Below are positions 52,417-63,952 of a DNA stretch of 64,000 nt, one piece after another. The stretch covers positions 558,001 through 622,000 of the forward strand of contig NW_027271052.1 in assembly GCF_040938485.1 (NCBI RefSeq), in the 5' to 3' direction. Each line of letters opens with the position of its first letter. Positions within the stretch are counted from its first letter, which is position 1. Position numbers and translations under genes: made by a program. Origin of the DNA: Diadema antillarum (lineage: Eukaryota). The notes beneath the pieces were generated by a model, which saw only the letters and a program-made list of their open reading frames with translations, had not been told where the DNA came from and searched no databases.

Positions 52417-53620
52417 ATGGCCACTGACGCACGAACTGGGGGCGACGGACCCGCAAGAGTCATCATGTGGTGCGTTCCCCGCTCGGTGTCGACAGCAATG
52501 ACAAAATGCATGAGCTTCGTTGACGGGGCGGAAGTCTGGTTGGAGCCGTACGTCATTTCCAAAGTAGCCAAGGACGTCCGTAAACTGTATCATGCTGACT
52601 CCGACCCGTTTCCTCTTGATATTGATGGCAACGAAGAGGTCTACCACGAGACAGCAAAAGATTTAAACTTGGGAGGTGACCTACAGAACTTCAAACTCGA
52701 CCTGCTGTCGTAAGTAATACTTTTTCCAGACGGATCATGACTTTAATATTAATGTTCGTGATACACGTAAAACTGTCTTGTATACATAAAGACGAAACTT
52801 GGACCTTAGATACAGGAATGGGAACAAAAATACCCTGTTACAACTTGTTCCTTCTTGACTGAACTGATGTCAATCGCCTGCAAAACCTTAAGAGCTGAAG
52901 TATGAAAACTGAACTTGAACTTGATTTTAATGTACAATTATGCGTTGAGTACATTGCATACAATGCTCACCATTTGCCATTCCGTAGGATTGCTTTTCTT
53001 AGATCAATGCCGATGCAACGAACAGGCTATACCTGCCTGATCCATCCAGTGGTTTTCGACATTTCTTCCTCATACGACATCCTGTGAAGGCGTACAAATC
53101 CTTTCGGAAGACAATGCTAGAAGCAATAGAGGGAATGGATCCCGAGGATCTACCGCCAGGTTTCCCGAAACCGGATCCAGAAACCTTTCACATTATAGAT
53201 TATGCACCTCCACCGGAGGAAGGAACGCCTTACTTTTTCAAGGCAATCCACGAATTATGGTGCCACATTCGAGAAAACGTCGATAACGACCCGGTTATTG
53301 TCGACATCGATGAACTCATGGAGGATCCGGCAACCTTACTTCCACTGCTTTTCCGGGCACTTGGTATCCCGTACTCCGAGAATTACGTAACTTGGGACGC
53401 CTCATCCGATGTGGTCCGTAAGTGGCATAGTGTCTGTTCAAACGTCCTCGACGCTCCGCGCTATAATATGTGGTTTGCCAACGCCTTTAAGAGTACTTGT
53501 TTTAAACCTTCCTCTACTTCCGCTTCTCTTGACGGAGCGACAAAGGATATCATCGAGGTTGCCGAGAAGGAAATGCCATACTACGAGGAAATGCACAAGC
53601 TTAGAGTAACCCCTCTGTAA
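52417..53620 (+). pseudogene. Sulfotransferase-fold copy 6, probably defective; exon 52417..52709 is intact, but the last exon lacks its normal acceptor and first ~33 codons (homology resumes at 53030)
   Basis: PVRLKQ...KDM...SRYK and the CCACAG acceptor are absent. The frame is open from 53003 to 53620, with an in-frame TAG at 53000-53002. Splicing at that strong-looking AG would frameshift; only the weak AG at 53024-53025 is in phase. Confidence 0.65.
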
Positions 53621-53989
53621 ATTCAGGACACTTCTTAATAGTTAATTACCTCAACTAGAGAGCCACCTCGTTGACTTGTGGTTGGATTGAAATTATGGTA
53701 ACTCCTGGGTATGCAATTCTCACTCACTTGTCACATAATTGTCAATTAAAACATGAGCATGTGATTTACAATGAAATAGAGGTCACATACTTTGCTTGCT
53801 AAAATTCAATGTGACCTTTGAAGTAAAACATGCTCGATTTATAATCATTAATAAGGGGAAGGATGAGGCTGTTTCAAATGAGATATTAGTTCCATCATAG
53901 ATTGTTAGTGACAGAAACTAAAAAATAAAAATGATTGCTGGCTATATATTCCGCTAGCAAGAACCTTTTGATTAGATGAATCTTCATAG

Positions 53990-54620
53990 GAGAAATGAGA
54001 TGCATACTGTTTTTAGTTCATCAGGTAAGTTCTTCTAGAAGGTCTGCTTAAATTCTGGGCTAGAACAGTTTTTGGGTTAATGAGAGGATAGTCTTTCGAA
54101 CAGCGAATAAGATTATGATTGTATGGATGTTGAGTTTGCGCGAAATAATGTTGCAAAAGAATGAGGGCAGTAGATTTGATTTGTACTTTAAACATGAACG
54201 TGCATGGTTCTTAAACATGAATTCAATGAAGCTTTATGATGTTGCGATAAAAATGAGTTTCCTCGTGAGAAATACAATATTTAGATACATGGTGAGATAG
54301 TATTTAAGAATTTCAGAAAATAACCACTTTGTTCAGATAAAAGATCTTTTAGCTTTAACAGTACATAATTCACTATTCAAGCGATTAGCAAGAATTCCTA
54401 AATCTCAATATGAAGAAATGGCGAATGTATCGTCAGCAAGGAATTACGGATGAGAATTAGGGAAGACTTGATTATATCGTTTACGTAACTATTGAATAAT
54501 AAATAAGCTCCTTCATAGAACCTCACAATACCACACAACGTCCAGTCTGCAATACTTTGATATGAAACTGAAAAGCAAAGAATTGTTGATGCTATACTGT
54601 ATTGCAAACACCCTGTCAAC
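53990..54620 (-). mobile_element. Highly decayed L2/CR1-type LINE fragment
   Basis: Remnants YVNDIIKSS, LADDT and ...PLINPKTVLAQ, in different frames. Confidence 0.5.
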
Positions 54621-55144
54621 CAAAACGGAGCGTGAGACTTTCCTCGTACAAATCAGGTTTATGGATTATTACAAAAGTGGTATTTCGTAACCAGTCTTTC
54701 ATTTGCCTATTACGGCAAAATATTCTTTTCACCCGGCATTAGTTCACTCATGACTGGCATTTTAAAATGGAATACGGATCCTAATCAAAATTACTAATAT
54801 AATGTTATCAGTTCTATACTTTGCCTAAAGACCTAAATTTACTTTTCACTGGGCATTAATATGCTAATGTCCGGTAGTTATGACTTGTCGTATTATGTAT
54901 GGATTGCAATTGCTTTTGTACTTTATCTACTAGTATATGAAATACTATTACTGCTGAGTTAGCGAGAAAAAGTATAGGTAAGAATCTTGAATGGAAATAC
55001 ATTGGCAGTGAACATAATGAAGATGAATATTGATAAGTATCGTAAAGAGCTATATGAGCATGCACAAGTGGCACGATTATGTCATAAGCTATAGACGCCA
55101 GTGCTGGCGATAAAGAAGAGAATGGGAGTATGACATTGATATAT

Positions 55145-55325
55145 AGATAATGACTGGCGGGGGAGGGAACATACCGAATGTTCCACCCGAAGGGTTTGAA
55201 ATGCTATTGAGGGAGGTTATAAGTCCCGAGACGAAGTCGAGGAACTTATAGCCTCCCGAAATAGCATTTTAAACCCTGAGGGTGGAACGTTTGGTACATG
55301 TTCCCGACAACAAAAGTCATCATCT
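55145..55325. repeat. ~180-bp imperfect palindrome with a C(GAA)G-loop centre
   Basis: Arms include GGGAACATACC/GGTACATGTTCCC, AAATGCTATT/AATAGCATTT and ATAAGT/ACTTAT around GAGACGAAGTCGAG. Confidence 0.8.
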
Positions 55326-55670
55326 GTTATATTATATAGCTTAGTCAAATACGTCAACGTCAATCACCAAAGATCGTAGAGATTCAGTGTACGATCTTTG
55401 CAACCACAGCATGCATGCAGCACAACGCACTCGATCGCTCGCTCGCGCAGAGCCAAATTCACTGTGCGCGCGCGGACCTAGGCCTTCTGTCATTTGTTAC
55501 GTGAAAATTTTTCCCATGGGAGAACATTACCAAGAATGTTCGCCCATGGGAGAACATAACGAATGTACCTCCATCACGTGACTTTGTTTAGCCAATCACT
55601 AACCGGTATTTGACTAACCTATTTAATATTGCACATTGATATCCTCATTGGAGTGCTCTCAGGAACCATA

Positions 55671-56129
55671 CAGGGGCCGCGGAACGCTTTTCAGTGTGTG
55701 TGTGTGTCGGGGGGGGGGGGGGGGATTGCGGGACCGGGGGTGGAAATTATCAAAAAAAAAAAATGATTGGGGAACTCAGAGAGGAAAGGGTTGTTTAAAA
55801 GGGGATATTCCCCTTGTACATGAGGGAACTATTGATTTTTCGGAATGTAAGTGATAAGTCTTGTGCACTCAGAATTATTCAGAATCTTAAGGAGGGCGAC
55901 CGCACCCATCGCCCCCTCCACTCCCCCTCCCCCTCCGCCGGTGCTTAGACGGGAACTATATGTAAGGGCAGAATCTTTGGAAATCTAAATTCATGGGTGT
56001 TGTGATTTTTGCCCCGATTTTTACCTCTTTTTTTTCTTTTTTTTCACGAACCAAAAGTGTGTGTGTGTGTGGGGGGGGGGGGGGGAGGGGGCTGCAGCCC
56101 CCCCCCCCCCCCCAGTTCCGCGGCCCCTG
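55671..56129. mobile_element. hAT-like non-autonomous element with an apparent 5-bp TSD
   Basis: Perfect 15-bp TIR CAGGGGCCGCGGAAC / GTTCCGCGGCCCCTG; CCATA on both sides; subterminal G/C runs. Confidence 0.75.
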
Positions 56130-57019
56130 CCATATTACCGGACCAGGAAGCCTACCTTTTACTAGCGAACGACATAATCACAATAAGAATAACATACAAC
56201 AAGATAAAATGGTGGACGAATAATCATTCCGTCCAGCAGTTCCACCATTGGTTGGACGTGCCTGCACTCTTCATTATGTTTCGCCAATGTAATTCTGGCT
56301 GCCAATTGTTGTGCATGCAGGTCTTAATTAATGCACTTGTTGGCGTTCGACCATAATTTCTATCTTCATCCTTAATGATGAGGATCCTTCAAGAACGAGA
56401 TGGGCCTGGCGCCTGGAGAGACGGAGAGGTAAGCGGTTTACCCCTGGAGGAACCGGTTGCCTATAGGTCTACTCATATACGGAGTTGGTATTCTCTATAG
56501 GCCTGCAGTAGTTTATCATGGTCCATCATTCAAGAGAGTCTTATAATCGTCTTGGTGCTAAAGTCAGATTTTAGACCAAACCATGTTTTACCCTCCCCCA
56601 ATGTTTTTTGATGGTCTTAGACTATTTCTAGGGTCTTAGGATACTATGGCTGCCAAACTCTGAAATTCTTATACATAGGCCTACCGGCACATTTCCTTAT
56701 ACGCTCTAAGAAAAAAAAAGTAGCCCATCTTTGCACTTTTTTCAATGTCACGCTTGGAGCAAGGTTGTTTGTTGTCTTTTGTGTTGCAGTAACGACTGAA
56801 TAAAGGAATAACATGATTTTGAATGTTACAAGTCTTACTGAATTTGTCATTTCAACAGGAAGAGAGTTCCAAATTTTGGGTGCACGGTAAATAAACGTAT
56901 TTTAGGCAAAAAAAAAAAACAAAACCAAACAAACACATAAACAAACAAAAAACAATGTTCACTTAAAGGGTAGATGGTTGCAGCTAGAATGTCTTGTGGG
57001 GTATTTTTGTATTTAGTTA

Positions 57020-57942
57020 TTAAAGGGGAAGGCTAGTAACTGATCAGTGGAAATCAGTGCGAATGCTGGGGGATGATTGTTCCAATTCTTGCGGGATTCA
57101 TTTAAGAGTATACAAATGATGCACAGGATAGAGTGCGTTAGTGGAGGCGTAGCGCACTCGAGGGTATTTACCATTGTGAAACATGCACGAGGCGAAGCCG
57201 AGTGCATGTTGCACTACATTGTTAATACCCGAGAGTGAGCTGCATCTCCACTAACGCCACGAAATAATCCTCTGCATCATTTGTTTTATAAAATGGGTCG
57301 AAAACTAACAGCATTTTTCACGTACCTTTGTGGGTCATTCATCAATACCAGTCAGCTACATGTAGCACTCGCTCGAGAGAGTCGAGTCAAGCACGTCGCA
57401 CTCGGAAATCCCGCACATGTAAGTACTGTACGTATACAAGTACTGTATACGTACGCCACATAATATGTTATGCACACAAGAAAGGCCGGCCGGCAGCCCG
57501 AACTAGAAGTTGTTTACAGGATTGACAGCGCGTATAGTAGCGCGCGACGCACTTGTAACAACTGATTGAGTGCGCACTGGTACTGCAGTGCAATGGTACT
57601 AAAGTAATCAAAGCCCACGTGACTCATTTCAGCACTTCCTATTGGCTACGTTCTTGAACCCATTTTATAATGCATCATATATCTATTGTGTGAAAATTAT
57701 TTGCTTCAGAACGGTCTCATATTCAAGTGATGTGCAGCTTAATGCCCCGTCACTGACCAGGCATGCTAACCTGGAAACATTAAACTGCCCATTACTTGAA
57801 TATGAGACCATTCTGAAGCAAATAATTTTCACACAACAATAGATATTGTACTCCTGAATGAATCCAATAAGGACTGGAACAATCATCATCTCCCAGCACT
57901 TCCACTGATTCCTACTGATCAGTTACTAGCCTTCCCCATTAA
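57020..57942. mobile_element. TTAA-flanked element with ~60-bp TIRs, containing two internal palindromes (57135-57257 and 57687-57835)
   Basis: TTAA-AGGGGAAGGCTAGTAACTGATCAGT ... ACTGATCAGTTACTAGCCTTCCCCA-TTAA. Confidence 0.8.
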
Positions 57943-58199
57943 GAACAAATAAATTACTGATGGAACATTATTGTTGTGAAGGTTGTATATGGATTGATAG
58001 TGTTGCATCTGATACATATCAATTATTTTAACGTTTTAATTCTGAATAAACAAATTATGAGTGAGTGCCTAAATAGCCATAAGATTTTGAAGAATCTTCT
58101 TCTGTGACAATAAGATCCTCTTGAGTAATACGGAGAAATTAATGTAGAATAAAACATCAAAATTTTGCTGTTGGCAAGGCATATTCAAGTTTAGCTGTT

Positions 58200-58800
58200 A
58201 TTCCTATATAAACGAGAAATCACTTACAAATGTCATTAATACGAATTTCTAAGGAAGTAGCTGGAAAAAACACCAAGACATTCAGTGAAAGTGAAAGCAA
58301 CCTTTGTAAAAGGAATATAATCTAATAATACTGGATTGGGAAGATGTTCTGAAAATCGTATTGGAAGTCTTTTCAAATTGATTCATAACTTGTTAGCTTT
58401 CATCCAAGCAATAACATGAAAAAGTGCGCATTGCTTAATTTGGCAACGAGTTGAAAAGGGTCGGAATAGGATTAAAATATGCTGGAATCATCAGCATATG
58501 GTAAACTGCAATATATTTGAGGATATTTGAACGTCGTTCATAATGTGGCCGAAGTGAGCTGCGTTCAGGTACACGGAAAGAGATAAATTGCTTGAAAGAA
58601 GAGATACCGTTAACGTTTACATGATATTACTTGTGGTTTGATAAATAATTTCTAAACCACTCTAAGGCCCTTCCTAGAATCCCATAGTGACATAATTTGT
58701 GGAGAAGTGTTGCATGGTCTTTGGTATTGAGGGCCTTGGAGAGACGAGTACACTGAATTATCAATTTGGTTAATGAATGTCAGAAGGGTATATTATGTAG
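58200..58800 (+). mobile_element. Possible heavily decayed L1/Tx1-like C-terminal fragment
   Basis: Weak: SLFKLIHNLL and FEDI*TSFIMWPK resemble the zf-RVT region; many stops. Confidence 0.25.
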
Positions 58801-59253
58801 TGTTGTGTTTCCGGCGAAAGCTAAACTGTTTATTGCTTACGATGCTATGTTTTATATTTTTAAAGTACTTTAGACTAAGAAGTAAGTAACGATATTGGTC
58901 TGTAATTACTCACTGATTGATTGTTATCTTCTCATTGTTATCATATTCATGACTGTGATTGTGAACAAAATATCACCACGAGCGCTCGATAGTTACATTC
59001 ATTTTCGTGCTAAAAGTACTGCATTACACAGGAGACAATAAATTACGTTAACATAAGTGTTGCTTTTAATGAATTTCTAGCCAATGATTTAAGAACTTAT
59101 CATCATAATAAGCAGTTGATTAGGTATATTCTATCAACATGTCACAAGCAATTTGTCATGTAAAGCTCAAGAAGTCTTAGCATTTTGTAGGGTACCCGCG
59201 CCTGCGGATGATAGCGCGTGTCCTGCTTGGAAGAGTCACCTATCAGACCACGA

Positions 59254-59558
59254 TGTTGCGACACGGATTGTCGCCCCTACACGGATTGTCGCCTCCTGCT
59301 CGGGGCGACAATCCGTGACGCTTGTGCAGTTCCCAGTTTTTGACCTCGAAGGCGACAATCCGTGTTGGCAAAATAAAAATTGTTGCGACACGGATTGTCG
59401 CCCCGTCACGGATTGTCGCCCGGGCTCGGGGTGGTTCCTCGGTGTTAAGCTTTGGTGGGATGGGTATGACTGATAAGTTATGCGTGTGTGTGTGTGTGTG
59501 TGTGTATGTGTGCGTGTGTGTGTGTATTGTGAGCTGCATGATATGTGATGTGTATGAT

Positions 59559-59592
<34 letters not shown>

Positions 59593-60696
59593 TGTGTTTG
59601 GAGTATAATAATACCATAAATATGTAGAAACTGTGCATGTGTGGTGGTCGTATAGTGGTAGTGGTTTGTTTGTGTGTATACGTGTGCCTGTATGCTTACG
59701 TGTGTATGTGGAATATATTGGCGCTACTGTGGTAATACAAACGCTTCAGAGTGTATGAGCACGTGTTTGAAAAATTCACACCAGCGTTGATCTAAAAATA
59801 GTATGGGTGTGTCAACCAACATCAGCGGTGAGGCGGGCTAGGCGAGAGAGAGACCGAGAGAAAATACATACGAGGGAGGTACCCTCCCAAATGTTATTTG
59901 TCTTTGTTCATTTTTCACTGCAGTCATTTTCTTCCATCAGTCTTATAAACTAGAACGTCCATACCACATTCTTTGTCCCAGAATAGGTCGGCATGCTTTA
60001 TGCATCGAGCGAATAATTTCCACACGCCGTAAAAAAATTGTCAATCGTTAGTTGATTTTAGCACAAACGAACTGCCATTGCACACCGCTAATACATACTT
60101 TATACAAACAAACACCAACAAACACTCAAACAAATCCTCATAATGCAAATAAACCAACTCAACACTTTTTTCCTCGATATTTATTGATTTCATTCAAATC
60201 ATTTCATAAATCGACCCATTCTGGGTGTAACATGAAAAAAAAAGTTACAAATGGCAATTCGAAACACAAACAAATCCATTTGTCAATTTATACCACAAAT
60301 AATCTCACTTCAACATAAATAACTCGATTATAGACCAACCCTACTAACAATTTCTTCACGAGAAAGTTTTGACATGTAGGGCCCTACCAAACCTATATTC
60401 CTTGAATACATTGGTTTGGATCATGTAACACCTTCTTACTTACAAGGGCATATACATAAAAAACACAAATACATTACACAAATCTAGCATGAAATCAGTC
60501 ATAAAAAAAAAACCCGACCACCCCCTCCCCTCCCCAACCGAAACAAATCTAGGGCCTACATCTATCCTAAATATTAAATCCTACCAACATCTGTCATACC
60601 ATTTATAACTATCCTTCTTCAAATCCAATCCTCAACCCACCAACCCCTGATTTAACAAAACCTAATCATCCCACACCCACATTCACCAACCCAAAT

Positions 60697-60728
<32 letters not shown>

Positions 60729-61234
60729 GCGAAGGTTCGTTATTCCGAAGTTTCGTTTTTTCCGAGGCTTCATTTATCCGAAACACACAATTCCCTATAC
60801 CTAGAGGTTCGTTGATCCAAAAATGAAATTCGGAATAACGAATCTTCGGAATAATGAGCCTTCGGACGAATGAGCCTTCGGACGAATGAGCCTTCAGAAT
60901 AACAAACTTTTGCAATAACGAAATGTAACCCCTTCCCACGTACCGACGCACACCCGAACCGATACCACATTCCTTCCTGATGAAACGATTTCCCAATGTT
61001 GATAAATAAGACATAATGGACCGTATGCAGAAAAGCAGCATCCGCCCGCACGCAAGCTCCACTCCGAATTCATATACAAATCTGCCAAACAAACTCATCA
61101 AATTCAAAGCTGCTGATAAAATCAATATCAACGTTTATGCCAGCAACAGCTTACTAGGTATCCCTCCCCACGCGCAGCTAAAAAACACATACGCAAAAAA
61201 CTGACATAATAAACACATTCTTCCATCACACACA

Positions 61235-61274
<40 letters not shown>

Positions 61275-61596
61275 AACGGACACTAAATTAGCATGTGCAC
61301 GCGCACATACACACTTCCTTGAAACCTCATCATGACTTTTTACATGGCATGTTTGCATGGATGTAGCCATGTAAGTTATGTGTTAGTATTTCAATGATTA
61401 TGTCCAGAACGATATTACCCAGCAAAATGTGCTTCGAGGGCAGGCGACAATCCGTGCCGCAAGCCCTCGTCACGGATTGTCGCCAGGCGACAATCCGTGA
61501 CGGGGGCGACAATCCGTGCCGCCAACGCCCGTCACGGATTGTCGCCCCCAGCAGGAGGCGACAATCCGTGTAGGGGCGACAATCCGTGTCGCAACA
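59254..61596. mobile_element. 2.34-kb non-autonomous TIR element with TGT...ACA termini (Ginger/TDD-like)
   Basis: ~65-bp TIRs built from repeated ACGGATTGTCGCC motifs; flanks CACGA / CACGC; interior of (GT)n/(CA)n tracts and nested TTATTCCGAAG repeats; no transposase ORF. Confidence 0.7.
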
Positions 61597-62129
61597 CACG
61601 CGGTGTTTCTTGGGTGATGCTACTTTCGGTCCTGCAGATAGAGCGGGGTGAAAACCTCCCTGGTGGATGGTCGGTGGTTGGTGAGAGCTCACTTGAAGTC
61701 ATCCCGCAGATTCTCCATCCGGTTAGCATCTGATGATTGTACCGGGCACTTCATCCTGTTGACGCCATTTTCGTCATTACTACCGGTCCATCTGGGCAAC
61801 ACTGCGCGGCGTTGCGTTATCATCCAGGAGTTGATTCGTGGGAGCCTGCAGCCATGACACTGGTGTCAGTCGCGATGATATCAGTGTCAACACCCACTGC
61901 CAAAGGAATGTACCTTTGGATCACTTGCGTAGGAGCGATCTCGAATGCGTGTACATGGTCATTCGATTAAAAATATTATATACACAACCAACCGAACGCA
62001 ATGGGGAAGGCCGACCCTGCATTGCTACTGACTTGCTACTGCAATACATGTACATCCTTATGCAGCTGCTAGCCCCCAACCCAAATGCACTGTGTGGTAG
62101 GTCAATATTGCTAACGGCCCTGTCACTCA

Positions 62130-62757
62130 TTGCCGGGTTAGCTACGGGGGCTTGTTGCGAGTAGGGATTTTGCAGTACGCAGGAGAATTTTCTGCGGGCG
62201 TACAAGGATGTTGGCGAGTTCCGTACTTGCGTCTTACTGCTAAGATGCGTGATATTTACCTGCTACTTGCGTGTAATACGTGTGACCTGCGTGAGAGCTT
62301 TGAAACCGATCCATTTTTAGATAAACGAATGACTGCGAAGTACTGCCGCTAAGGGCCTCCTACTGCGTGTTCATCTGCGGACAAACCACCGCGACTCGCC
62401 CGGAACGAGTTTTGAGCATGCTCAAGGCCTTGTCACACCGTGTCTTGGGAAGCCTTGCGGGGAAAGATTTTTGCTACCCGGACCTCCCAGCAGTTAGTCC
62501 GCACCTGAATGTACCTAGCGCGTAATCTCACCCATTGTTGCTCGGAGGTACGCACGCAAGTCCGATTTAAAGGTGTGACAGGTCCTAAACTTGACTGCGG
62601 GTGAATGGGACTTGCGTGGGTAACTCCGCGTAACTACGGGTGAGATACGTGCTAGTAACTGTCATGTACGGGTCATCTGCGGGGACCTCCTTGCAGTAAA
62701 AAATGTTCTTCGCAAGTCGCACGCAAGGCTTACCCGGAAAGGTGTGATGTGGCCTTA
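62130..62757. mobile_element. Harbinger-like MITE composite related to 48890-50995
   Basis: Same internal junction (TTTTGAGCATGCTC-AAGGCCTTGTCACAC, compare 50037-50065) and terminal CCGGAAAGGTGTGATGTGGCCTTAA. Confidence 0.6.
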
Positions 62758-62789
62758 AGGAATGATATATAATATTTTACATCGGTGAT

Positions 62790-63100
62790 GCTGGTTATTC
62801 CGAAGGTTCGTTGATCTAAAAATGAAATAAGGTCGTTATTCCGAAGGTGCGTTATTCCGAAAATGAAATAAGGTAGTAAGTAACGAACCTTCGGAATTAC
62901 CATTATTGTACGAACCTTATTTCTTTTTTGGATTAACTCACCTTTGTAATCATAAACCTTATTTCATTTTTACATTAACGAACCTTCGAAAATGAAATAA
63001 AATTGAATGAAAATAAAATGAAATGAATAACTAACCGTATGTCATATTGAGATTACCGAACCTTCTAAAAATGAATCTTCCGAATAGCGAACTGTAACCA
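62790..63100. repeat. TTATTCCGAAGGTTCG / AAAATGAAATAAG repeat element, related to 60725-60910
   Basis: Shared motifs in direct and inverted orientation. Confidence 0.55.
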
Positions 63101-63299
63101 TTCCAGATACAGCAAAAGTTACAGAAAGACAATTTTTCTGAGGTCATCATACTTTAATTTGTGCCAATAACTTGTATCAGCAATGTTGTTAAACAGATGT
63201 AATAAACACTTTCACACACTGCCATTTTCATTGAAGAGGACTGACGTAAAAGGTCTTATAACCTTGAAGTTTATGCATTCATGTCATAATGCTCTACAA

Positions 63300-63568
63300 A
63301 GGTCAGGTACACAATATAAAATGTTTGCACTAATCACGTTGATTTATCTATCACGCCACTTTGAGACCGAACCACTTCAGAAAGTTCACAAAAGATCGGT
63401 GTGTGTCTGAACGATTGAAAATACTACGGCAAGATATCGAACATACACTTACATTCTCAACGCGAAACGCATTGCCGTATTTGACCGTTCGTCAGAGGAC
63501 GATTGATGCCAAAACGTCTCGAAGGGAAAGAGAGAACAGTTTTAACGGAACACGGCGTGTACAGTCTG
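63300..63568 (+). promoter_or_regulatory. Conserved upstream module / putative leader exon of copy 7
   Basis: AGGTCAGGTACA at 63300-63311, ATCACGCCAC at 63350-63359, donor CTG|GTAAGC at 63569, acceptor TTTGTAG ending at 63942. Confidence 0.55.
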
Positions 63569-63952
63569 GTAAGCTTATGATGCATGTTATGAGATCAAGC
63601 AAAAGTGAAAAGCTAGAACTACGTATCCACAAGTCAGTTTGAAAAATAAAAGTTATTTTATGTAGAGAAAGAAATCATCTTTCAAAGCTTGCTAATGTCT
63701 TGAAAGACCAACTGCTCAAACTGAAATCCTCAATCTGTTTATTTTTTTCCTATCGTAATGAAAAGATCTATTTTCTTTCTTTTTGGTTCAAAGGAAGATA
63801 ATGAAAAGTCTATTTAAATGTTGACGATGGTAGGGGATATACATAAGATATGTAATTGCTGCGTGAATGTAGAAACTTCTTTTATCTCATGTAGAATATT
63901 ATTCTCTTTGAAACAATGCAACGTGCTGTTCGCCCTTTGTAGGAAGACGGAA

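Noticed and set aside
12183-53609. Many 60-95 aa ORFs overlapping the sulfotransferase exons in other frames or antisense (e.g. 12410-12688, 17107-17355, 23128-23352, 42758-42979)
   Set aside because: They are shadows of the real CDS; they recur only because the paralogues are similar, and their lengths and stops are not conserved.
61597-62130. GC-richer, coding-looking stretch flanking the Ginger-like element (with 59150-59253)
   Set aside because: No long frame or recognisable motif on either strand, even after removing the insertion.
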